The position numbers were made by a program, and so were the translations under genes. 29,944 bases of DNA. It comes from a virus. Taxonomy: Duplodnaviria > Caudoviricetes. Positions within the stretch are counted from its first letter, which is position 1; each line of letters begins with the position of its first letter. A model generated the notes under the pieces. It was given only the letters and a program-made list of their open reading frames with translations. It ran no database searches and was not told where the DNA came from. Shown here one piece after another: positions 7,894 to 16,311 of the stretch. The stretch lies in the IMG/VR virus record IMGVR_UViG_3300020044_005705, positions 1 to 29,944 of that record; one strand, 5' to 3'.

Positions 7894-9183
7894 ATGTCTA
7901 CTCTCGCAAATCTCCGCGCTGCCGTCGCCGCGAACTTGAACTTCGACCCAGAGAACGAGACATATGAGTCCGACTTGGACGGGATCATCAACCGCGCGCA
8001 GACAAAGGTGCTGGGCTCTCACCGTTGGTCTTTTGCGCAGAAAGACTACATCGTTAGAGTCTTTCCAGACTACACCGAAGTCGGCATCCCGGTCATTCTC
8101 GGACAAGACTTCGTGGACTTGTCCCTCATTTCGGCGGAAGCTCGAGCTGCCCTTGACGGGCACACGCTATTCCTGACTTCTTCTACCAATGTCCAGAGTC
8201 AGACCTACAACATTAGCTTCGCGGATTTGGCTGGTATTCGGGTCTACCTGACCAGCCCGATTACCCAGGCCACAGGCACCTACACGGTCACTGTGCAGTA
8301 CCGGGAGATTCCCCTTCCCAGTGACACCGCAAGCGTTGAAGGTCTTCTCGACTTGTCGGTAGGCATCCCCGAACCGCAGCGGGCGATGACCAAGCTCAAC
8401 CGGGATGCGATTCGGCTTGACCCGAATACTACTGGCCGAAGCCTGTACTTTATCCCGAGTTCAAGCGTCAAGACTCCGACCCCAAGGGCGGTGTCCGGTG
8501 TCGCAACGGTCGCAGGTGTAGCGCAGGGTGTCCGCACCATCTTCATCTACCAGACCTTCAGTCTTGCGGGCCGAGAGTCTGCCTTGTCTGCGCCGGTAGA
8601 GTACAACTTGACCGACATTCAGACCTTGACCTTCACCGCACCTGCCATTCAGCCGAGAACCGGCTTGTATCGCAAGTTCTACTTTTCTTGCCCACAAGTC
8701 GGCATCAAGCGTCCTGTACTTGTTGATGCCTCAGTTCCTAACGGAATTGATCCTCTGGGCGGTGTGACTCTCGCGCCTGACTTGAGCCTTGCCACAATCT
8801 CCACCGAAGATTTTCTGACAAACACAATTCCCTACATGGCGCTCGGGCAGTACCAGCGGTTCAACCTGTGGCCGCATCCCGCGCTGGTCACAGACTACCA
8901 AGCTCGCGTCATGATCTTGCCGCAGCCGATGATTGAGGATGGAGATACTCCGCTGATTCCGCCAGACGCGGCGCAGGTCATCGAATACGAGGCAACGTCC
9001 AATAACGCTTTGCGTCTAGACAACTCGAGTCTCGCTCAGATGTACCGCGAGCTGCGGAATTCCGCGTTTCGGCAGATGAGTAACACCTACTTGCTCCAGA
9101 GTTCTGCGCCTGTTGTAATGATGGGCAGCGCGGGCTCAACTAAGGGGCCAATCTCTCTCGGCCCCTACAAGGTGATTCCATGA
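7894..9183 (+). CDS. Head-tail adaptor (tail tubular protein A-like)
   Basis: N-terminal TLANLR...IINRAQ...WSF, plus LPSD, LWPHP and DTPLIP motifs typical of podovirus adaptors; position fits. Confidence 0.7.
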   Translation: MSTLANLRAAVAANLNFDPENETYESDLDGIINRAQTKVLGSHRWSFAQKDYIVRVFPDYTEVGIPVILGQDFVDLSLISAEARAALDGHTLFLTSSTNVQSQTYNISFADLAGIRVYLTSPITQATGTYTVTVQYREIPLPSDTASVEGLLDLSVGIPEPQRAMTKLNRDAIRLDPNTTGRSLYFIPSSSVKTPTPRAVSGVATVAGVAQGVRTIFIYQTFSLAGRESALSAPVEYNLTDIQTLTFTAPAIQPRTGLYRKFYFSCPQVGIKRPVLVDASVPNGIDPLGGVTLAPDLSLATISTEDFLTNTIPYMALGQYQRFNLWPHPALVTDYQARVMILPQPMIEDGDTPLIPPDAAQVIEYEATSNNALRLDNSSLAQMYRELRNSAFRQMSNTYLLQSSAPVVMMGSAGSTKGPISLGPYKVIP

Positions 9184-11411
9184 AGACTGGCCTACAGATT
9201 GCAGTCAACGCTTCCAGCGCAGGTCTTCTTCGCGGAGAGAATCTGTTCTGGTCTACAGCGTTCCGCGGTTCCACGGCTGGACCGAATGGCGGTGGGTGGA
9301 GTTCGAGGCTCGGCTATGAGCCGTACTTCCCCAACATCGCAAATGGCTATGCGCCTTTCAGCGCCCTTGGGCCGATTGACTCCCTGTACGTCGGGTCATC
9401 GAACGGTACACCCGCGACCTACTTCGTTCTCTTCGAGAGCGGGGGCACTCTCTACCTACTTCACGACTTCGGCGGCAACACGCCGAGCATCCTTGCGCTT
9501 GCCACCAACAGGTTCATCCCGACGCGGCTGACTCCGGTGACGCAGTACACGCCCATCGCAGACGGCGTGCTGGTGACCAACGGCCAAGACACCCCGTTGC
9601 TGGTACAGCCCTGGCCTCTGCCCGGCATCACCGTGGCCCCTGGAGTTGTAGCGCAGATTGTCCGCCCATTCGGCATGAAGACCCCGAGCCCCGTAGCGCC
9701 CTTGGGCGTAACTCCGGTCGATGCCACTTCTGGCTCGGCTTCTTCGACCATTACCGACACAACTGGAGATTCTGTCCAGATTTGGTGGAGCACGTCGGGT
9801 TCTGCGCTCGGCTACCCGAATCGCGCAGGCATCGGCTACTCGACTACTCCCGCTGCCGAAGTGCGAGCCAACGCCTTCACCTACAAGGTGAGCTTTGTCT
9901 CTGACCTTGGCGGTGAGTCCCCGTTGTCGGACGCGACCGTGTTGAGCTGGGAGAGCCCGCAGAACCAGAAGAATAAGGCACGGCACGTCCCCGCCGTCCG
10001 CATCCCGCTTGGTCCGCCCGGCACGGTTGCACGCCGACTGTGGCGCAGTCAGAACTGGGCCGATGAGTCCCCGTCCGAAGGCGACGATGCGATTTATCTG
10101 AGCTTGACTGTGCCCAATAATGTCGATGAACTCGTCTTCGACTCAACCCCGCCGAACGGGCTCGGTGCCTTGGAGCCGTTGCCCGGTGACCGCATTGAGC
10201 TTCCCATCGCGACCCCGATGTTTGCTACGACCTTTCTCGGTCGATTGTTTATCGCGGGTAGTACTGATGACCCCTACACGGTCTTCTTCAGCAAGGTAGG
10301 TCTTCCCGAATGGTTCTCCGCGGGTGACCAAGTGACTCTGCCTGCCGATGGTGGGGCGATCACAGGGCTTGTGGCGCATTACACGACGCTTCTTGTACTG
10401 CGAGAGCGGAGCCTTGATGTCATCGGTCCAGGGACCGCTACGGGCTTCACAGCGACCACGCTTCTTGCCGGTCTGGAATGTCTTGCCCCGCACTCGGCTG
10501 TAGGCACGCCCTTCGGCGTGGTCATGGCAGCCCGTGACGGGCTCTACCTTGCCGAAGGCGGCACCGTTGGCGGCGCCATTACTTCAGCCCTCAAGCTGTC
10601 GGACGGGCCTTCCATCGCTGAAGTGTGGGAGCGGGCTATCGCACCCAACGGGGCTTCTCTCGCCCGAGCTACAGCGGTATGGGACACCAAGCGGCAAGAA
10701 TACTGGCTGCAAGTCCCGGCCAACGGCAGTGACAAGCTCGAGCTTGGAGTTGTCTGGCACCCTGGCGCGGTGTCGCCCGAAGGTGGGCAAGCCTTTACGC
10801 TTCGCAAGGGCTGGCCGGTCGGCTGCTTTGCTACCCTGCCAAACGGAGAAGTCATCTTCGGGCACCACACAGGCGCCTTCGGTCAGACTCCGCAGCCCGC
10901 CGGGCTCTTCGTCGCATCTTCAAGGCGCGCGATGGGCTTGAACTTCGAGCAAGACACCTACAAGAGAGCGCCCGCACCGAAGACGGTCTACCGCAGCTTG
11001 TACTTTGACTTCGGAGATCCTGCGCAGCTAAAGACCGTCAACTATGTCACCCTGTACGTTCTGAGCACGGGCAACGTGGAGATCACCCTTGAGTCCGCGA
11101 TCAACGGCACTGGCCCTTACACGCCCAGCAAGCCGTACAAAGCCCAGCCGAGCCCCGGTCCTCTCTTGCCCGCCTTCGCAGCTTCGCTGACTGACACGGA
11201 CGGCGCCAACTTGCCTCTGACTCAAGTTCTACTCGATGAGTACAACTCGTCTATGGGCATGGCAATTCCGATTCGATTCTCAGTCGGAGAACGTCGCTGC
11301 AATACCTTCAGCTTCCAGTTTCAGACGACCGATGACGTTATATTCCTCGGATTCGTTGTCGAAGGAAACGTGGCGCCAGACGCCATGCGCGGCCAAGGAG
11401 GTCAGCGATGA
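9180..11411 (+). CDS. Tail nozzle/stabilisation protein (P22 gp10 / T7 gp12-like)
   Basis: 743 aa beta-rich protein with GRLFIAG, VFFSKVGLPEWF and DGGAITGL propeller-like motifs; ATGA-coupled to the adaptor. Confidence 0.7.
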   Translation: MKTGLQIAVNASSAGLLRGENLFWSTAFRGSTAGPNGGGWSSRLGYEPYFPNIANGYAPFSALGPIDSLYVGSSNGTPATYFVLFESGGTLYLLHDFGGNTPSILALATNRFIPTRLTPVTQYTPIADGVLVTNGQDTPLLVQPWPLPGITVAPGVVAQIVRPFGMKTPSPVAPLGVTPVDATSGSASSTITDTTGDSVQIWWSTSGSALGYPNRAGIGYSTTPAAEVRANAFTYKVSFVSDLGGESPLSDATVLSWESPQNQKNKARHVPAVRIPLGPPGTVARRLWRSQNWADESPSEGDDAIYLSLTVPNNVDELVFDSTPPNGLGALEPLPGDRIELPIATPMFATTFLGRLFIAGSTDDPYTVFFSKVGLPEWFSAGDQVTLPADGGAITGLVAHYTTLLVLRERSLDVIGPGTATGFTATTLLAGLECLAPHSAVGTPFGVVMAARDGLYLAEGGTVGGAITSALKLSDGPSIAEVWERAIAPNGASLARATAVWDTKRQEYWLQVPANGSDKLELGVVWHPGAVSPEGGQAFTLRKGWPVGCFATLPNGEVIFGHHTGAFGQTPQPAGLFVASSRRAMGLNFEQDTYKRAPAPKTVYRSLYFDFGDPAQLKTVNYVTLYVLSTGNVEITLESAINGTGPYTPSKPYKAQPSPGPLLPAFAASLTDTDGANLPLTQVLLDEYNSSMGMAIPIRFSVGERRCNTFSFQFQTTDDVIFLGFVVEGNVAPDAMRGQGGQR

Positions 11412-12058
11412 AGACCTGGGTGACTCACGAGACAAGACCTGAGCACGCTGTACTGCCCGGTGGCATGGATCAGGAGCTAACCGCGCTCCGGTCTAGCTTC
11501 GGCGGGCTTGACCGTGCTCAACTTCCAGCGGATTCTTTTGGAGAGCTTCAGTTCGCGCAGTACGCCAAGCATCGAATCTGGACCGCGTTCAAGGCGCAGC
11601 AGGACAACGTGGTAGACACAGACGTAGACGGGGACACGTCTTGGCGTTCCTTCACGGGTGCCCGTAGTCAAACTGGCCCGATGCTCTTTCAGCAGCTCAC
11701 GCTGACCGGGCACAAGGGCGGGAACATCATGGTCAACTGGTCAGCCAACGTGCTGGTCAGTCAGTGGATGGGCTACACGGTCAATCAGCCATCTTCTCGC
11801 AACCCGAATCATATTGGCCTGAAGATTGTCATTGGTGGTCTGACGGTCGCTGAGCGCATCGGTCCTTGTCAGCCGCATGACTCCTTCCAGCTTTCAGGGT
11901 CGGCGCAGATTCCAGCGGGTGACCCGGTGTGCAGTCTCTACTGGTCAGTCACTCCGAATGGCCCCGATGACATTCTCGAGGACGTGACCAACAATGCCCA
12001 CTTGATGCGAGCGCATCTTTTTGGCTCGAAGTTCTTCGCGATTGGGAGGTTCCGGTGA
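11408..12058 (+). CDS. Putative tail protein
   Basis: Coupled to the nozzle gene; beta-rich C-terminus. Confidence 0.6.
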   Translation: MKTWVTHETRPEHAVLPGGMDQELTALRSSFGGLDRAQLPADSFGELQFAQYAKHRIWTAFKAQQDNVVDTDVDGDTSWRSFTGARSQTGPMLFQQLTLTGHKGGNIMVNWSANVLVSQWMGYTVNQPSSRNPNHIGLKIVIGGLTVAERIGPCQPHDSFQLSGSAQIPAGDPVCSLYWSVTPNGPDDILEDVTNNAHLMRAHLFGSKFFAIGRFR

Positions 12059-12990
12059 GCCAACTACCTGCCCGTAAAGCTCTGTCTGAAGAGCCCGTCC
12101 TTAGCGCCGCGAATCTCAACACGCGGTTTACCGACTTCGCTTCGGCTACTGTCTCTATTGACGCAAATAACTTGCGCGATGGAGCGGTGGACCTTCCGCA
12201 GTACGCCGCTCAGCAGATTGTCCGACCCGGTGGCGCCTTCACCGAGACTTTGGGCTGCGATGATTGGGACACCGCTACCAACCTTCTGACCACGACCTTG
12301 ACCGCAACGCCGAGCCCGGCACCGACCGCTCCCGTTCCGGTGACTGATGCCTCTCTCGCCAATGCGAGCATCATCAACTTCGGAATTACCGGGAGGACAA
12401 TCACCCTTGTAGACGTGCTCCGCGTGAGCTGGTCACTGAAGGCCAACCTCTTCTTCGTGGGAGCGCCTTACGACACGGCCGGAGCCTTGGGCCAGTTCGA
12501 CATTTCTAACTTCGCGCCTGCGACCATCACTGTGACCGATGGTATGCACGCGGTTCCTTTTTACTTGGAATGGGACATTACGAGTAATGCCCTTGCCAAT
12601 TGGGTCGCAGTTCCAGGGCAGACCACCTTCCAGACGCCCATCAACATCCCGGCAGGCGGTGTGACCGCAGGCAAGATTGAAGAGTGCTCCGCAGCGACCT
12701 TCTTCCCCGCGTGGGTAGCACGCGGCGTGGGAGTCAGCGACGGAAAGGCCACGGGTGACCTTGTGTATGCGCGTGGGTGGCGCACGGTGCGAGGAAGCTG
12801 GCTCTACACCCCGCCCGTGGGTGTCACTTGCTATGGAATCCGTGTGGTCTACATGCCCGCGCTGTACCATCCTTGCACTCAGCTTGTGACGGGTGTAGCG
12901 CACATGGCTTACGATTCAGTCGCTTCTGCGACTTGTGTCCTTAGCACTCAAAGCGGGTTCATTACCGCCATCGTTCAACGACTCGGCTGA
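12055..12990 (+). CDS. Putative tail protein
   Basis: GTG start with SD GGAGG; SAANLNTRF...IDANNL resembles a fibre-docking N-terminus. Confidence 0.6.
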   Translation: MSQLPARKALSEEPVLSAANLNTRFTDFASATVSIDANNLRDGAVDLPQYAAQQIVRPGGAFTETLGCDDWDTATNLLTTTLTATPSPAPTAPVPVTDASLANASIINFGITGRTITLVDVLRVSWSLKANLFFVGAPYDTAGALGQFDISNFAPATITVTDGMHAVPFYLEWDITSNALANWVAVPGQTTFQTPINIPAGGVTAGKIEECSAATFFPAWVARGVGVSDGKATGDLVYARGWRTVRGSWLYTPPVGVTCYGIRVVYMPALYHPCTQLVTGVAHMAYDSVASATCVLSTQSGFITAIVQRLG

Positions 12991-13002
12991 GAGGACTTCG
13001 CT

Positions 13003-13701
13003 ATGCCCTTTTCCCCGCCAAACACTTTTACGACCAAACTTGTCGCATCCGAATTCTCAGGGAACTCCGATGCGCTGCGCGTCTACTTGCATGAGGGCAT
13101 CCCCACGTCCGACATAGCCGCCGTTGACGGCTTCAACACTCGGCACATTGTCGGTCCTCCGCTCTATGACCCGACTTCTGGCATCCAGCATGGAGTCACG
13201 GGACACCAAGGCGGTCTGGTCAGCACGTCCAGCCTGACTCGCTTGACCTTCACCAGTCAGGCCATCAATGGCGGGGACGATAGTTATTGGGCGCCAATTC
13301 CGCTCATGAGCTTGAGAATTGAAGTTCGGCGCAGAAGTGACGTGATCCTCAATTGGTGGGCTGAGTGCATTAGCGGACCCGATGACCGTCCGTTCTCTGG
13401 CACTACGGCAGTCCGTACTTCTTGGATTTCTTTCTGGACACAAAGACCAGACTTCACCGAGAAGTCCAGATCAAGTCTGCATCCTACCAACGTCCATGGA
13501 TTCGAGGCAAACTCGCCTTATGAAGTCGCTCCTGACCTTCCTTGGGAGCTTAGCGGGTGGAACGACGCCGAAGGGTCAGCGGTGCTCAACAAGTGGTCCG
13601 ACAACGTGGTGGCCCCGATTACCTGCGGCTTGTCCGCCTTCGGTTCCATCCGGCGAGTCGCGGTTCTCAACTTCGGCGTGACCATCGAGTCCTATACCTA
13701 A
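13003..13701 (+). CDS. Putative tail protein
   Basis: SD GAGGA; in the tail module; N-terminus weakly similar to the two preceding proteins. Confidence 0.6.
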   Translation: MPFSPPNTFTTKLVASEFSGNSDALRVYLHEGIPTSDIAAVDGFNTRHIVGPPLYDPTSGIQHGVTGHQGGLVSTSSLTRLTFTSQAINGGDDSYWAPIPLMSLRIEVRRRSDVILNWWAECISGPDDRPFSGTTAVRTSWISFWTQRPDFTEKSRSSLHPTNVHGFEANSPYEVAPDLPWELSGWNDAEGSAVLNKWSDNVVAPITCGLSAFGSIRRVAVLNFGVTIESYT

Positions 13702-13703
13702 AC

Positions 13704-13712
13704 GGTTACAGT
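13704..13712 (+). promoter_or_regulatory. Putative late promoter (GGT-TACAGT)
   Basis: Intergenic motif copy 19 nt before the first ejection gene. Confidence 0.55.
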
Positions 13713-13731
13713 CCAACGAGGCGGTGAAGCC

Positions 13732-14421
13732 ATGGCTAAAGAAGACTTCGGGCTCCGAGAGAAGGCGATGATCGGGGCGGGTGGCCTGGGGATTCTCGGC
13801 AGGATTGCCGGGAGCGTCGGAGCGGCACAGGCTGCACGGGCCATGTTCTCCGATGAAGACGCCCGCAGGCTGGAAGCCTTGAAGAGTCGCCGTGCTCAAG
13901 GTTCCCTTGGCTTGTCGGAGAACCAGCGGGGCTTGCTCGAGGCAGGCGCGCAAGTGCAGCGCGGGGCTGCGCTGCGCGACCTACAGGCCATGCCGAGCGC
14001 GACGGCCCCCAGCAACCGAGAGGCTTTTCTAGGCGCTCTAGGCACTCAGACCGCCCTGATGGAAGCCCGTCAGGCATCGGCCCGCGACATAGCCAAGATG
14101 GACATGGAAGCCGCCGCTCAACAGCGCGCAGAGATCAGCACTCTCGCCGGGGAACAGTCTACAGCCGAGGCCGCCAGAAAGGCTGCGCTGCTTAGCGCCC
14201 TTGGTGGAACCGCAGAAGTCCTTGGTACAACCGGAGCGGCAGTTGCGACTAGCATCGCAGACAAGCGGGCCAAGGCAGCGGAAGACCGGGCCGGCGTGGA
14301 AGCCGAGCTTGCAATCGTCAGGGAGCTTAGGACTTCAATGGGCCAACAGGCCCCCATGGTAAAAGGCCCTCTCGGCACCTTCTCTGGCTTCTACTTGAAC
14401 CCTTCCTCGACTTGGCGGTGA
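13732..14421 (+). CDS. Putative DNA ejection/internal virion protein 1
   Basis: Gly/Ala-rich hydrophobic N-terminus and helical body; first of three size-increasing genes as in T7 gp14-16 and P22 gp7/20/16. Confidence 0.6.
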   Translation: MAKEDFGLREKAMIGAGGLGILGRIAGSVGAAQAARAMFSDEDARRLEALKSRRAQGSLGLSENQRGLLEAGAQVQRGAALRDLQAMPSATAPSNREAFLGALGTQTALMEARQASARDIAKMDMEAAAQQRAEISTLAGEQSTAEAARKAALLSALGGTAEVLGTTGAAVATSIADKRAKAAEDRAGVEAELAIVRELRTSMGQQAPMVKGPLGTFSGFYLNPSSTWR

Positions 14422-14424
14422 TTC

Positions 14425-16311
14425 ATGCCTTCTTACGCTGAGGTCGTGACTCAGACCTTCCTGCCTGCACAGGCGGCAAAGCTCCGTTGGGAGTCCGCTA
14501 AGACTGTGGCGGGTGAGCAGTTCAACGCCCTTGCCGAGCAGCGCAGGGCCATTGAGGAGATTCGCTACCGGCGTCAGCAGTACGCAGACACCGTCGCGGC
14601 CTCTGACAGCAGCACCGACGCCTTTGCGTTTCAGGCGCTACAGGCCGCAGCCGCGGCTGCACCCAAAGACCCTGCCGCTAGAGCCGCCGCGAACCGTGCC
14701 GCAGACAAGCTGGTCGATGACACACTTTCTGCGGTAAAGAAGCTGCCCGTTGGGCAAGAGCAGTTCACGGCAGGGTCGGCCGGGGTGGCGGCAGTACAGA
14801 ACGCCTTGAAGGCTGCCCGCAACATAGAAGAGTTTGAGGCCGCTAAGGCAGCCGCACAGTCCAAGGGCTACGCGGCCCCGATTCTGATGCCCGCTACACT
14901 CAAGTCGAAGAAGGAGCTGGAAGACAAGGCGGCCAAGGGAGACGCCGCGGCTAAGGCTGAGCTTGATAAAATGCGCCAAGGTGGGCGCGAACTATTCGAC
15001 CTTGCGGACAACTTGGGCTCCCGTGCCTTTCAGGGTGGGGCCAAGGGACGTGAGTTCTACGATAGTTTGACTGATGATCAGCAGCAGCTTTCCCGCATCT
15101 ACGCATCGGCCCTGATGGGCGATGGCGTGGTCACGGAAGACGAGATCCCCGAAGGTCGGTTTGAAGAGGCCAGCAAGCTGCATGACGAGATCGCACGCAG
15201 AGGTGCATACCGCCGTGGAGAACGGCTCGCCTTTGATCCCATCTTTCTTGAGATGCAAAAGGGTTTGGCTGCGGATGAAGCGAGTCTGAAGGAGACTGAA
15301 GCCCGTCTGAAGGGGAAGACCAAAGAGACACTGGCCGAAGAACTCTACACGGGTGCGACGGAGCGGGCTGCCATTCCTCCTTTGCTCCGTAGTCTTGAGC
15401 CGGAAATGAAGAAGTACTTGGACGGCTTCACCGCTGCGCAAGCGGCAGACCCGAAGGCCGACCCCGAGTCCTACCTTCGCTCGAAGATGACTGCCCGTGA
15501 GGCCAAGGGCTTCTCGGCTGCATCGGCTATGGCCGCTTCGGGGATGCGCGCACAGGACATTATGGACAATCTTCAGGCTCTAAGTCCTGAAGAGCGTCGC
15601 TCGGTCATGGGTGCCTTGGCTTCTCGCGATGCCATTGTTTCTACGCAAATGCAGGTTGCCCCCGGTACGCCTCTGCCCGAGATCGAGAAGATTCAGACCG
15701 AGGACCGCCGTGCTCGTGAGGCTGAGATTGCCCGCGCTGAGTCCCGTCTACAGCGCCGTCTTCGGGAGATTGATGAGTCCCTTGCCGTGGGTCGTGAGTC
15801 CGGTTTCGGCGGGATTGTCAGCCCCGACACGGGAGCACGCCGAGCCCCTGAGCGTCGTCAAGTTCTCATGGGTGCCTTGAACCCTGAAGATGCCGAAGTC
15901 GAGCGCATCGCCATTGAGCGGGCTGACCGTCTTCGGGCTGCCGATGAAGGTCTCGAGACACCAGAGGAAGTCGCCGCGGTCGAAGAGTTCCGCCGTCGTC
16001 AGGCTTCGGGGCAAGGCATGGGCTTGACCCGTGAGCAGCTTTTGATGAACATTTCGGAAGAGCCCCGGATGGACTTCGAGCGGATGCGGCTTCGCGCGCA
16101 GGAAGATGGGAAGGCCTCTCCCGTACCGATGGACCTTCCCGTAACTCCGCAAGGCAAGCCGTTCACTCCGGTTGACCGTCCTGAAGCACCTGCGCCTGCG
16201 CCTGTCGATACTCGCCGTAGAATCGACCTTGATGCACCGGCACCTATGCCGCCGAAGGCGATTGAAGATATGACCGATGAAGAGCTTCGAGCCTTGATTG
16301 GAGGTCAGTAA
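14425..16311 (+). CDS. Putative DNA ejection/internal virion protein 2
   Basis: 628 aa, Ala/Glu-rich helical; position fits. Confidence 0.6.
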   Translation: MPSYAEVVTQTFLPAQAAKLRWESAKTVAGEQFNALAEQRRAIEEIRYRRQQYADTVAASDSSTDAFAFQALQAAAAAAPKDPAARAAANRAADKLVDDTLSAVKKLPVGQEQFTAGSAGVAAVQNALKAARNIEEFEAAKAAAQSKGYAAPILMPATLKSKKELEDKAAKGDAAAKAELDKMRQGGRELFDLADNLGSRAFQGGAKGREFYDSLTDDQQQLSRIYASALMGDGVVTEDEIPEGRFEEASKLHDEIARRGAYRRGERLAFDPIFLEMQKGLAADEASLKETEARLKGKTKETLAEELYTGATERAAIPPLLRSLEPEMKKYLDGFTAAQAADPKADPESYLRSKMTAREAKGFSAASAMAASGMRAQDIMDNLQALSPEERRSVMGALASRDAIVSTQMQVAPGTPLPEIEKIQTEDRRAREAEIARAESRLQRRLREIDESLAVGRESGFGGIVSPDTGARRAPERRQVLMGALNPEDAEVERIAIERADRLRAADEGLETPEEVAAVEEFRRRQASGQGMGLTREQLLMNISEEPRMDFERMRLRAQEDGKASPVPMDLPVTPQGKPFTPVDRPEAPAPAPVDTRRRIDLDAPAPMPPKAIEDMTDEELRALIGGQ

